From the IMG/VR virus record IMGVR_UViG_3300046170_000505: 64,000 bases of DNA. One strand, written 5' to 3'. Position numbers and translations under genes: made by a program. The notes beneath the pieces are model-generated. The model was not told the origin of the DNA. It did no database searches and was given only the letters and a program-made list of their open reading frames with translations. Shown here in pieces: positions 35,319 through 46,800 of the stretch (its first letter is position 1; the number at the start of each line of letters is the position of its first letter). The DNA is from a virus.

Positions 35319-38300
35319 ATGAGCACAAAGCTTCAAATAAAATGGAACTTGCCTGCGGATTTAAATAACATCGCGGCCAGTATTTTATATAGAGCTGAAG
35401 ACCCAAATCAAAATAAAAGCTGCCAAGACGTGATTAACACAGGTTCTGTATTGTTAAAAGACCCAACAGCACCTTTTCAAAACAATTATATAGACGAAAT
35501 AAAAGATAAAGGAATTTATAGGTACGCAGCTTTCGTCGAGTCTCATAGTGGTGAAATGTCAGAGTGCGCAACTTTTGTTTATCAATATAACGATAATGTT
35601 GATGTTACCATAATAACCGACAAAAACCAAGCTACAGTTCAAAATTTCGGGGCAGCCCAAGAAGATGGGAACGATTTAAAATATACCCAAACAGTCGTAA
35701 AAGGATCAGATTTAAACTTAAGAGATTTAATCATCCCTAATTTATCAGAAGGATATGCTATCAAAGAAGTTTACGTATTTACTGGAAATAATAATACAAA
35801 GCTAGATGGAGCACCTACCATAACAATAACAGAAGATACCGAAGTATCAGTCGTTTGTCACAAACAAAAATATACAATAACCATAAAAAGGGATGGTGAT
35901 TATTTTAGAAGTACTAAAAATGGAGAAAAAGTTTATAAAAATTTAAAAGCTGGAAATCTAAAAGGTATAAGTTCCTCTATGGAAAAAGACAAAAAAGACT
36001 GTTATGAGTTTGATAAATATACAGCAGAAGGAAATGCAGATCCTTACGGTCAAGAAAAATATGATCCAAACAAATCTAGCACAAAAATATTAGTAGATCA
36101 AAATTACGTATTAAGCGCTAGTTACAAAGAAAAAATATCAAAATTAAAACTTTCAAGCAATATTCCAGAAATAGGAGAAGTAAGCGGGGAAGGAGAATAT
36201 TCGTGCTTTGATAACATTGCTTTGGTTGCGAAACCTATCTCAGAAAAAACAAAATTTAAAGGTTGGACAATAACTCGAGGTTCTAGCAAAATAAGAGAAG
36301 GTGATCCAGAATCTGTGCCAGAAGGACTAACCTCCATAACTGTAAATTACAACGATTTAAAGATAGAAGGTAATGTAGATTTAAAAGCTACTTTTACAAA
36401 AGTTTTTCAAATTGTTTTAAAGATAATGGGGCCAAATGGTATAGAGGGATCGAGCACAAGAGGCTCCATATCTATTAGCGCTAACGATCAATCTACTTCT
36501 GGCAATACTATTACGGCTAACATAGAAAGCATTAATAACCCTTTTGACATAGCGGCAACTAAAAAAGGCTCTCATCGATTTGATGGATGGGAGTTAATAA
36601 CAGGAAATGTAACTGGAGCATCTTTAGCAAATTCATCCATTAGTATATTAAGCGATGCCGAATTGCATGCTATATTTATAAAATATTTCACCGTCTTCTT
36701 AAGAGTTTTTTCTACTGGGGTAAACGGAGCAAGTACTTTGTCTAATACCTCATTAAATGGATACGATGAAGTAAATAATCAGCTCTCTTTAAATTACGAC
36801 ACTGTCAAGCCTGCTGGAAAATATCAATTTGAAAAATGGGCTGTTGATCTATTTTCAACTCAGCCAGAATACACAAGTGAAAACTTATCGCACACTCTAG
36901 ATGATGATGCTATAGTAAAGCTATACGTGCTTGAGATTTATTCTTTAATATTAACATCAAATATTCCATCCGCTGTTAATTTAACAGGCCAAGGTGATTA
37001 CGTTTTTAGAAGCCATGAAAATATAAGTATATCAGTCACACTAAATAGTCCTACTGTTGCCCCAGCTTACAATTTCCTTAATTGGCAAAGCCCTCAAAGC
37101 CTTAGTCTTCCAAGCGCTAAATCTGGGACAGTCAGTATTGTAGAAGACACAACCATAACAGCAAATGTAGAAACTACTAAATATACATTAACGGTATCAA
37201 GCGAAGATAACTCTAAAGGAACTGTATCTAAAACTGGCGGTCCTAATTATAGTGTTTTTGATAGTATCACAATTTTAACCAGCCCCAAAGGGAATAATAT
37301 ATTCCAGAAATGGGAGGTTGCCTCATCTGATTATACTTTAAGTGTTGGGGATGATTTTAATGCAACGAGCTTTAATTTAGGAGATTATGGAAACTTGAGC
37401 TTAAAAGCTTACTTCTTGGCTGTATATGTGTTAACGGTAAAATATTATGAAGACGGAGTAGAGAATACTTCAAAGCAGGCTACTTATTCGAGAAAAGAAA
37501 ACGAGTCAAGTTCAATAACCGTAAGCCCATTAAATGTTTCAGTTGGACATGAATTTGATAGGTGGGAAGTGCAAAGTGGCAACGTTACCATAAATCAACC
37601 AGAAGTTTTTGGGGATAAAACAATAGATCTTACAGAAGACGCTGTTATAGAATTTCATGCGTTAAGAAGTAATGAATTAACATTATTGATAGACTTGCCT
37701 GGCGCAGCAAGTTTTTCACATGGAGAAGCTAATAATTTCTTTAGGAGTACAGAAGATATAGATATTGAGCTTTCATTGAACAATGCTAATGCCGCCATAC
37801 CTACTTATCAATTTTTAAATGATTATAGCACTACAAAATCAAGTCTGGTTACTGGATTAGTAAACAGTCAAAAGTCAAATACCATAAGAATTTCTGGGGA
37901 CGTTTCTATAACAGCTCATTTAGATTATGTTTTATATGACTTTTCTGCTACAGTAGATCCTATGAGAGGGAGCATTGAGGGCACATCATCCAGCGGTAAA
38001 TATAATACTCTAGAATCAATAACCTTGAAGGCTGAACCAATTGACCCTGTAAAAAATATTTTTAAAGAGTGGAGGGATTCAAATGGAAACTTGTTCTCAA
38101 CAACTCAAAATACTTCTATTAATTTAGCTGACTATGGAGATCTTGCACTAGAGGCAATATTCGACAATAAATACAGCCTTAATATTACAATAGAATATCC
38201 AGACGCAGATAATGTACTCACCACCAGCCTGTATGCTGAAGATTCTGATGTTACCGTAGACATTGAAGCTTCCATTAATACTGGCTATAGATTTTTGAAC

Positions 38301-41300
38301 ATGACCATAAATCAGGGGGCGGAACAGTCAGCGTTAACTGATTTAAATCAAAAGTTCACAATGGATAAAGACTACGAAATAGTGGTAGAGGTGCAAAAAG
38401 TTTTCGTTCTCTCTCTTTCTATAAATATTCCTGGAGCAGGTTCACTTTCTGGGGCAGGAGGGTATTTATCTGAAGAAAATATTAATATACAAACTATACC
38501 AACTATTAACGCTTCAAATATAAGTAATTTTTCTTTTTTAAATTGGAGATTAGTGATCGGGACATGGGGAGGCGGTGCAGGTGGAAACGATCACTCATCT
38601 GCTACTACAATAAGAATAACTGCAGATACAGAAATAGAAGCTATGTACGAAGAATCGCAATACGTACTAACATTGCAATCAGAAACAAACCAGGGAACCG
38701 TAGGATTTTTAAACGAATCAAAAAGCGCTAGTGTTTCTAAAACATTAAATGCCACACAAAATGCAACGATAGAACACCTAGCATCCAGTGGGTATCAGTT
38801 TTACCAATGGGAAGTGGTATCTTCTGAAGCGGGATTAACAACTGGATCGGTTTTTAGTGGGAGCTCAAATTTTAATCTATCATTGTATGGAAACTTAACA
38901 CTGATAGCTAGATTTAAGAAAGAAATAAAATTTACCAAAAATGTTTATGTTGGAGGGTCACTAAACTCATCACTGAGTATAGCCGAAACAACTCTTCTTG
39001 AAACAACAAACGAAGGAGGGACAGCTAAGATCAATGTAGAGTGGCCATCTCTTAACGGATACACTATAGATAGGGTGGAAAAATCAGGAAGTCAATCTTT
39101 TGACGAGAATAGTACAAGCGATCAAGAAATAACTATAAATAAAGATACTACTCTAAACTTTTACTTAAGACCTCTCGAGACCTATACTTTTACAATAAGA
39201 AAAATCTTAGACAGTGAATCACCCGTAACTGAGGATACTCAAAGTGTAACAGAAGGAGGCAGCCCCCTTGATGTGCCTCCAATAACAATACCTGCTGGAC
39301 AGGTTTTTGTATCATGGAGTCCATCAGTAGCAAACGCAGACTTACCCTCAGATTTTTCAACATGGCCAGAAAATGAAAGAATAACCTTAAATGAAAACTT
39401 AACCTTAACATACAATTTAAGAACCCTTGCGACCTATACTTTTACAATAAGAAAAACGCTAGATAATGCAGGGTCACAGCTTGTTAGCTCTGACGTTTTT
39501 ACAGAAGGACTCAGCACTCTTAATGTGCCTTCAATAGGAATACCTGCTGGGCAGGCTTTTGAATCATGGGAAATAACAGAGGGAGATGCAGGTGCAGATT
39601 TAGGGCCAATACAAGGCAAAGAAGATTGGCCAGTAGGAGAAACAATTACGCTGACTAAAGACGCAACCTTAACATACAATTTGAGAACTTTACAGGGTTA
39701 TGTTTTTACTATCAGGAAAATAGTAGACAACGGATCACCTACAAATGTGTCTACTCAAAATGTAATGGAAGGAACCAGCGAAATAACCATACGGTCAATT
39801 GATGTCCCTAGCGATCAAGAATTTCAAAACTGGGAAATAACGCAGGGTACCGCAAGCGCTTTATCCTCAGAACCTTCGACGGTTTGGCCTGAAGACAAAA
39901 AAATTACTTTAACAGATAATGTTACTATAGATTATTTGGTATACCAAGGACATGAACTTTCAATAACAGCGGAATACCCTACAGCGTACCCTCAAAGTTC
40001 GCCTGATTTTTCTTATAGTCATAACGTTAAAAACGATGCAAGTAATACTGGACCGTATTTTTTAGACGATTTAATATCATTAAGTGTTACCCCGCCAGAT
40101 CATCTTGACTTTGATGATTGGGGTTTAATTTTAGGAACTTTACAAGGAAATATTCCTTCTACATCATCTTCAGATATACAAATAGAAAGCGATGTAACTC
40201 TGCGGGCCAACCTTAGCTTCAAATTATATTCTTTTACTATTGTTCAGGGGGCAAACGGAAACACTTCTGGAAGCACAAACAATGGAAGCTATAATGCTTT
40301 TCAAGATATTACATTAAAAGCAAACGCAAACTCTAATTTTCAATTTTCAAAATGGGAATATGAAGTTTCTGCGGATAATTGGCAAGACTTTAATGCTTCA
40401 GCTTCTGACATTATAAGGTTAACTGAAGATGTTAAAATAAGGCCAGTATTCATAGGAATACCTTATACCTTAACAATAATTATAAATGATAACAATTCAT
40501 GGGGATCAGCAATAGGAGCTGGAACTTACGAATACAATCAATCAGTAGATATATCTGGCATCCCAAATCCAGGGTACAAGTTTTTAAGATGGAGTTTTAC
40601 TGATGGAGAAGAGCCTGGAGATTTAGACACGTCAGAGCAAAATCAAACAATACAAATAAAAGGAGACGCAACCTTAACTTTAATTCTTGAAGAAATACCT
40701 TTACCTCAAGATGGAAACGGTAATAAATTAATACCTATCCTCTCTTCTGCAGGCAATAACGGGGTAGAAATAGATAGAAATATGCTTGCAATGACTAAGG
40801 ATGGCGCAGCTGTAGTCATAGTTTCGCAATACAAACCAACGCTTGATAGATTAAAGGCGATAAGAGATGTTAATAATTTACCGTCGTCTGCAACAAAGTA
40901 TACTCCAGCTATTAGGGTTATTAATAAAGATAACGATCAAAACCAAATAGAAGCTATATTGCCGCTTTTAAACAGTACTGCTGCATCAGGAGGCTACAAC
41001 CTAGGAGCAGAAGGAGTATCAAAATTAACGTTGAACGCTTTGTCCGCAACGAACTGGGAAAAAAGATTAGAAAAAAGTAATATCGCCTCATCCCTATCTG
41101 TCTCGCCAGATGGAAGCAAAATAATGCGAGGCGGCCCAGGAGACAAAGGGATAACTACTAGCTTTATTCTGGGGGGTTATGCAAATTATTACGGGTCTAC
41201 AGAATATGGGAATTTAACCCTTGGGACGGTTACGAACATTAATAGCGATGGAGATATAGGGGCAATAGGTTCAGGAACAAATACAGCTGGGGGCGTGAAT

Positions 41301-42638
41301 ATTGACCATATCGCTAATGCTTCGACTATAGATTTTAGTTTTAGCAGGCAAAGTAGTAAAACTTTTTATGGAGCTTCTATATGTATAGCTAAGAATTATG
41401 CGGCTTATTCTGCCCCAAGCAGCATACAGCAAACTTTACCCATTCAGCACAATACAACTAGTGGATCAGGGAGTGGCGGTTTTCCAGGATATCAAAATGT
41501 TAATCCAACAAGTATATTTAGTTCGAATACTGAGCTAGTACCCAATAATGCAAATGTAATACATGTCGTACCCAATAACCATTTAAATAATACAGGTATA
41601 GATATGCCTGGGCCAAAAAGAGGACTCGTGGATGTAGATTTTGGAGTTCAGGGGCACGAAAGAGACGAAGAAGATTATATAGTTTTTGACTTGGGATCTA
41701 GAGATATCGGAGGAGAATCTAATGATGGATCGTGGTCTCAATTTGGAAGATCTGTAGACGTATCAAGGGATAGTCCTACGCTAGAAAATTCTTCAGTAAC
41801 TAACCCTATATTTATTGCAATTACATCGGTATGGAAACCGAATAATTCAAATGAAACGTATACATTTTGGACCAGAGGCTATTCAATAACAAAAATAATA
41901 GGGGTATACAAAGAAGGTTCCACTATTCACAAAATGGGAATTGGATATCATGATGGAGGCAGTAGTTCAATTAAAATTCCTGATACAACAAGGACTATGA
42001 ATAGTTACATGTCAAACTGGAGCAATAAAGAAATATATGCAGACCAGGAACCCCTTATAGACTATAGATTTTCTTTTGGAAACAATATAAATGGAGTGTA
42101 CAACACAGAAAGTGATTATGGACAAAAAGTAAGATTATCCCCAGACGGTTCAATAGCCGTAATAAGTAATTCAAGAACATCGAATCCTGATGAAGACAAC
42201 ATACTCTATGAAGATGATAAATTCGGGGAAGTAAAAGTACTATTGAGAAAACCTATAACAATCAATCATAATAGTAATACCTATGAATGGTTTGAGTATA
42301 AAAATGTACAATCAATACGGATACCTGATGGCGATAATGATCTTTCAGAATATACAAAGCGAGACTTTGCTTATGATATAGCTTTTGATGGAAATTACCT
42401 TGCTGTATCAACACCAGTCCATCAAACGGTTTATCTATATAAATGGAACAGTACTTCAGAGGAATTCGATTACTGGAATAAAATATTTATGACAGACTCT
42501 CTTCCAGGGGCTGGTTATATTAATTTATTCGGAAAAGCAATCGTTTTTGATACTAGAGAAGAAGGTGTCGCCACCAAAATAGCTATATCTGGAAACGAGG
42601 CGTTCTTTGTGTTAGACATACCAACTCAAGAAACATGA
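35319..42638 (+). CDS. 2439-aa virion adhesin/fibre: many InlB-B/Flg_new-like beta repeats + C-terminal beta-propeller
   Basis: Recurrent Y.LT....G...G.G.Y...GY.F..W....T.I.....L.A.F units; FGRSVDVS/YGQKVRLSPDG/FGKAI propeller blades. Confidence 0.7.
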   Translation: MSTKLQIKWNLPADLNNIAASILYRAEDPNQNKSCQDVINTGSVLLKDPTAPFQNNYIDEIKDKGIYRYAAFVESHSGEMSECATFVYQYNDNVDVTIITDKNQATVQNFGAAQEDGNDLKYTQTVVKGSDLNLRDLIIPNLSEGYAIKEVYVFTGNNNTKLDGAPTITITEDTEVSVVCHKQKYTITIKRDGDYFRSTKNGEKVYKNLKAGNLKGISSSMEKDKKDCYEFDKYTAEGNADPYGQEKYDPNKSSTKILVDQNYVLSASYKEKISKLKLSSNIPEIGEVSGEGEYSCFDNIALVAKPISEKTKFKGWTITRGSSKIREGDPESVPEGLTSITVNYNDLKIEGNVDLKATFTKVFQIVLKIMGPNGIEGSSTRGSISISANDQSTSGNTITANIESINNPFDIAATKKGSHRFDGWELITGNVTGASLANSSISILSDAELHAIFIKYFTVFLRVFSTGVNGASTLSNTSLNGYDEVNNQLSLNYDTVKPAGKYQFEKWAVDLFSTQPEYTSENLSHTLDDDAIVKLYVLEIYSLILTSNIPSAVNLTGQGDYVFRSHENISISVTLNSPTVAPAYNFLNWQSPQSLSLPSAKSGTVSIVEDTTITANVETTKYTLTVSSEDNSKGTVSKTGGPNYSVFDSITILTSPKGNNIFQKWEVASSDYTLSVGDDFNATSFNLGDYGNLSLKAYFLAVYVLTVKYYEDGVENTSKQATYSRKENESSSITVSPLNVSVGHEFDRWEVQSGNVTINQPEVFGDKTIDLTEDAVIEFHALRSNELTLLIDLPGAASFSHGEANNFFRSTEDIDIELSLNNANAAIPTYQFLNDYSTTKSSLVTGLVNSQKSNTIRISGDVSITAHLDYVLYDFSATVDPMRGSIEGTSSSGKYNTLESITLKAEPIDPVKNIFKEWRDSNGNLFSTTQNTSINLADYGDLALEAIFDNKYSLNITIEYPDADNVLTTSLYAEDSDVTVDIEASINTGYRFLNMTINQGAEQSALTDLNQKFTMDKDYEIVVEVQKVFVLSLSINIPGAGSLSGAGGYLSEENINIQTIPTINASNISNFSFLNWRLVIGTWGGGAGGNDHSSATTIRITADTEIEAMYEESQYVLTLQSETNQGTVGFLNESKSASVSKTLNATQNATIEHLASSGYQFYQWEVVSSEAGLTTGSVFSGSSNFNLSLYGNLTLIARFKKEIKFTKNVYVGGSLNSSLSIAETTLLETTNEGGTAKINVEWPSLNGYTIDRVEKSGSQSFDENSTSDQEITINKDTTLNFYLRPLETYTFTIRKILDSESPVTEDTQSVTEGGSPLDVPPITIPAGQVFVSWSPSVANADLPSDFSTWPENERITLNENLTLTYNLRTLATYTFTIRKTLDNAGSQLVSSDVFTEGLSTLNVPSIGIPAGQAFESWEITEGDAGADLGPIQGKEDWPVGETITLTKDATLTYNLRTLQGYVFTIRKIVDNGSPTNVSTQNVMEGTSEITIRSIDVPSDQEFQNWEITQGTASALSSEPSTVWPEDKKITLTDNVTIDYLVYQGHELSITAEYPTAYPQSSPDFSYSHNVKNDASNTGPYFLDDLISLSVTPPDHLDFDDWGLILGTLQGNIPSTSSSDIQIESDVTLRANLSFKLYSFTIVQGANGNTSGSTNNGSYNAFQDITLKANANSNFQFSKWEYEVSADNWQDFNASASDIIRLTEDVKIRPVFIGIPYTLTIIINDNNSWGSAIGAGTYEYNQSVDISGIPNPGYKFLRWSFTDGEEPGDLDTSEQNQTIQIKGDATLTLILEEIPLPQDGNGNKLIPILSSAGNNGVEIDRNMLAMTKDGAAVVIVSQYKPTLDRLKAIRDVNNLPSSATKYTPAIRVINKDNDQNQIEAILPLLNSTAASGGYNLGAEGVSKLTLNALSATNWEKRLEKSNIASSLSVSPDGSKIMRGGPGDKGITTSFILGGYANYYGSTEYGNLTLGTVTNINSDGDIGAIGSGTNTAGGVNIDHIANASTIDFSFSRQSSKTFYGASICIAKNYAAYSAPSSIQQTLPIQHNTTSGSGSGGFPGYQNVNPTSIFSSNTELVPNNANVIHVVPNNHLNNTGIDMPGPKRGLVDVDFGVQGHERDEEDYIVFDLGSRDIGGESNDGSWSQFGRSVDVSRDSPTLENSSVTNPIFIAITSVWKPNNSNETYTFWTRGYSITKIIGVYKEGSTIHKMGIGYHDGGSSSIKIPDTTRTMNSYMSNWSNKEIYADQEPLIDYRFSFGNNINGVYNTESDYGQKVRLSPDGSIAVISNSRTSNPDEDNILYEDDKFGEVKVLLRKPITINHNSNTYEWFEYKNVQSIRIPDGDNDLSEYTKRDFAYDIAFDGNYLAVSTPVHQTVYLYKWNSTSEEFDYWNKIFMTDSLPGAGYINLFGKAIVFDTREEGVATKIAISGNEAFFVLDIPTQET

Positions 42639-43762
42639 GCAATAACTTTAAATACCAACTTTTAGCGGACTGGGATATACCTTTGCATACAAGTGATATC
42701 GAAGCAGTCATGCTATTTAAGGGGAAAAACATTAGAGGGTGCAACTTTCTATACAACGAAGAATTAGTATTTGAAACAAAAAATTTAACAATAACTAACT
42801 ATGTGGATGAAGTAGAGGGACCTGGAGTCTGGGCTTACGCAGCATATTCAAGAGATTTCAAGGGTGGTTTAACTTTATGCGCAACTAATATATGCGAAAT
42901 ACATGATACCTTGGGAATTATTGTAAATTCCGACCATGGATCTGTGATAGGGACTTTGAGAGGCTTTCCAGGAGATCTTCTAGATATAGATTTAAAAGTG
43001 GATTTCGGTTACGTATTTACAGGTTGGGATTCTGATGATTATACTTTTGCGGACCCAAGCCTTGTCGCTCAATCTATACTGCTTGAGAAAACTATAACTA
43101 TAAACGCAAATTTCGAACCTGCAAAGTTTAATTTATCATTAAGTAGCGTGGTTGATGAAAACGGAGATCCAATAGGTCTGGTTGACGAAACTTTATCTGG
43201 ATTAAAAGATTACTTATCTGACGCTCCAATAAAAGCAATTAATACAGATTCACACGAATTTACAGAATGGATAGGTATAAATATAACAGATAAATATTCT
43301 ATTGAAACAACGATAAAAATAGACAGAGACAACATAATTGCCACAGCAGATTTTCAAGCTGTTGAGCTAAATTTTAATTTAAGTGAATCAGACGGAATAC
43401 CTTTTGCGCTAGAAGATGATTCCGTAGAAGAGGAAACAGTGGTTATTGTAGAAGGAGATTTTGATTCATTTTCATACGGAGAAGAACTTGAGGCATCATT
43501 TTTTATTAGCGAATACACAGATGAAAACGACGAGTATGTATTTAGATACGATTCCATAGAGCATGATGGAGATTATGACGGTGTACCAAAATACAAAATA
43601 GATGAATTTACTTACGTAGATGAAAACGGAAATGATATAAAAGATCAGATACAAGATTTAGATGAAGAGTATGACGAAGAATATGGCGAATACTATGTTT
43701 ATTTCACAATAAATAAAAATGTAACAATAAAACCTATTATATCTGAGTATGACCCCACTTAA
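42635..43762 (+). CDS. short paralogue of the adhesin N-terminus with InlB-B-like repeats
   Basis: Similar N-terminal W..P...Y.DE....G...YAA domain; GYVFTGW repeat. Confidence 0.65.
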   Translation: MSNNFKYQLLADWDIPLHTSDIEAVMLFKGKNIRGCNFLYNEELVFETKNLTITNYVDEVEGPGVWAYAAYSRDFKGGLTLCATNICEIHDTLGIIVNSDHGSVIGTLRGFPGDLLDIDLKVDFGYVFTGWDSDDYTFADPSLVAQSILLEKTITINANFEPAKFNLSLSSVVDENGDPIGLVDETLSGLKDYLSDAPIKAINTDSHEFTEWIGINITDKYSIETTIKIDRDNIIATADFQAVELNFNLSESDGIPFALEDDSVEEETVVIVEGDFDSFSYGEELEASFFISEYTDENDEYVFRYDSIEHDGDYDGVPKYKIDEFTYVDENGNDIKDQIQDLDEEYDEEYGEYYVYFTINKNVTIKPIISEYDPT

Positions 43763-43790
43763 TATAATGCTAAAAAAACTAATGTTTTAG

Positions 43791-43800
43791 GTGTATTATA
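43791..43800 (+). promoter_or_regulatory. late promoter motif GTGTATTATA
   Basis: Upstream of tape measure, followed by AAGGA RBS. Confidence 0.6.
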
Positions 43801-43818
43801 GTATAAGGAACAAGGAAA

Positions 43819-46800
43819 ATGGCAGTAAGAGCAAATGTTGATCTAAAAGTAAACATGGCTTCAGTAAAACGAAGCATGGATCGCGCTGCTAGAGAAGTAA
43901 ACAAAACCGTACAAAATGTTTCAGGGAAAGATATATCTTTTAATGTAAACGGAAAAAGCTTTACTCAGCCGCTTGGTAGAATTACATCGTCTGCAAATGA
44001 ATTCACCAAATCTTTAGAAGCTTCTAATGCTCGTGTTATAGCGTTTGGAGCTTCAGTTGGAATAATTAATGCAATAACAGATTCTTTTAAATTTTTAATT
44101 GCAGAAACTGTTAGGTTTGAAAAAACCCTTCAAGATATTAACGTGGTTTTAAATTCCTCAAATGAGCAGATACAAAAGTTTGGACAAGGTTTATTTGATG
44201 TAGCGCAAAACACAGCTCAATCTTTCAATATTGCCGCTGACGCCGCTCTTGAATTTTCTCGTCAAGGTTTAAGCGTAGAAGAAGTTTTAAAAAGAACTAA
44301 CGATGCCCTCACATTGACTCGTATCACAAGCTTAGATGCGGCTGAAGCTGTTTCTGGATTAACTGCCGCAGTAAATGCTTTCGGGGAAGCAGGTTTAACT
44401 ACAACGGATATTATAGATAAACTAGCGGCTGTAGACGTAAAATTCGCTGTTAGCTCTGAAGATCTAATTAACGGTCTTGAGCGGGCTGGCGCTGTTGCTA
44501 TTGATGCTGGTGTTGACCTTGATAACTTAGTTGGAATTATAACTTCTTTGCAGCAAACAACTGCTCGTGGTGGTGCGGTTATTGGTAATGGACTTAAAAC
44601 TATTTTTACGAGAATCCAAAGGCCAGAATCCATCAGGCAGCTAGAAGATATGGGCGTTGCAGTTAGAACTCTAACTGGAGCAGTTCTTCCAGCTGACAAA
44701 GTCTTAAAGAATATAGCAAAAGGTTTTGAAGAACTATCCCAAAGTCAACAATCAAACATTGTTCAGTTTGCCGCTGGAATATTTCAAGCTAATATTTTTA
44801 GAGCCGCTCTTACTGACTTAGCAAAAACTCAAGGTATTCAACAGCAAGCTACTGAAATATCAGCTAACGCAGCTGGAGAGGCAGCTAGAAAAAATGAACT
44901 TTTAAATAAAAGTATATCCGCTATGGCTTCGCAAGCTGGTTCTGGATTAAAAGAACTAGTAGGAATAATGGGTGAATTGGCGATAAAGCCAGAGCTAGGC
45001 GAAGCAGTTGGAATATTTGGTAATGCTATAGAAGGCTTAAAAAATGCATTAGGAGGAGGAGAAGACGAAGGTAATGCGTTTGCAAAAGGTTTAGTTAGAG
45101 GTATTGGGAATGTTTTGACTGGTCCAGGAGTTATAGCTTTTGCGGCTATTTTTACAAAACTTTTATTTAATGTTTTTAAGTTCGCTTCTGGTTCGTTAAA
45201 AGATGTTTTAGGAATAGTAACTCAAAAAGAAAAAGTTAGGCAAATTGAAGAGTCTATAGTCAAAGTATTAGGCTCAAATGTTCAAGTAACTCAAGCTTTA
45301 AATCGACTTGAAGGAGACAGGATTGCTCAAGAGCAATACATACTGGGGATAATAGAAGCTCAAACAAATGCGCTTGCAAAACAACAACAACTCGCAAGCA
45401 AATTAGGCCCCGCTCTTTTAAAAAGAGGGATAACTCCAGATCTTAGTTACGATAATACCCCTGGTACGCTTGTTGATATCGATGGAGATGGGGTGATTTC
45501 AGGCGCTGGAGGTATTTTACCTCAAGAAAAAAATGCAGAAAGAAAAGGAGCCATAGAAGGAGGCTATAGCCCTGGAAGAGTAAACAAAATGAAAGTCCCT
45601 GGAATGGGTGATGTTATTTATAATACCGCCGAAAAAGTAAAGAATTTTGAGGGAATGAAACAGCCTGCTATTATGCCGCCACAAAGCAGTAGGGCTGGAA
45701 GAAACTATAAAGAAAAATTTTCAGAAAAACATGGTTTTGATCCTTATGCTAGTGGAGGACTTATTCCTAATTTTGTGCCCAGAAAAGGCTCTAATGTTGA
45801 TAAGGTTTACCAATTATTAAAAAATGCCTGGTTGTCTGAAGGGTACAGAATGACAAACAAAGAACTTACAGATGCCACTGGCCTTCCAGGAGCCCCTGAT
45901 AATCCATATAAAAAAGCCAATTCAAGCTTTAATAGAGATTTTGGAGCCAAATTAAACAAAGCTGGATACACTGTTAATACAAGACCACGCACAGAATACT
46001 ACCAATACTTACCAACGAATAAAGAAAAAATTGCAAAATTTATACAACGGGAGCAAGACCCCGCAAAAAAAGGAATTGCGACAATAACCGATGACGAATT
46101 AATGGATAAATTTTTAAAACAAAAAATTTTAAAATCCGCATCTGGACATCATTTTCAAGCCGCAATTGAAGCTGGAGGAAGATCTAAAGTATCTTTTGCA
46201 AATTCAGTTACATCTTACAGAAATCAATTCGTCAACGAAGACAAGCTTGTAGCGCCACCAATATATTTAAAAGATGATTCAACTTACGTTGGCCCACCTA
46301 ATTCTAGTCCATGGGCAAATGTATCATTAGAATCTAAGGGAAAGTCAAAAGTAAATGCTACTGGCAAAGAAATTGATAGTGTTTTCAATGGTATAAAAAA
46401 CGGAGCTCCTCAAAGTTTTTTAGGTTTAGATAAAAGGTTTGATATAAACCCACTAACTAAAAAAGAACTAGCCGACTTCAAAAAACAAAATTTTAGCGCA
46501 AATGTTGATCATTATGGATTTGCTAAAATGCAAGGAAACCCACCAAAACCCGTTTTTTTAAGTTATAATACTTTAGCAAATGCGCCTTATAGCTTGAACG
46601 CGAATGGATTTGAACATGCAATTTCAGATTTTAAACGTCGTAAACGAGGACTTGCGGGATCTCCTCTTGATTTTATAGATGTCCCTGGAGAAGCTAAATT
46701 CGGACCAACAGCATATAAAAACACCCTTGACGAGCATTTAACAGGAAAATTTTTAAGGCACTTAATTGGCACTGACTCAATATCATGGCCACCACGAGCA

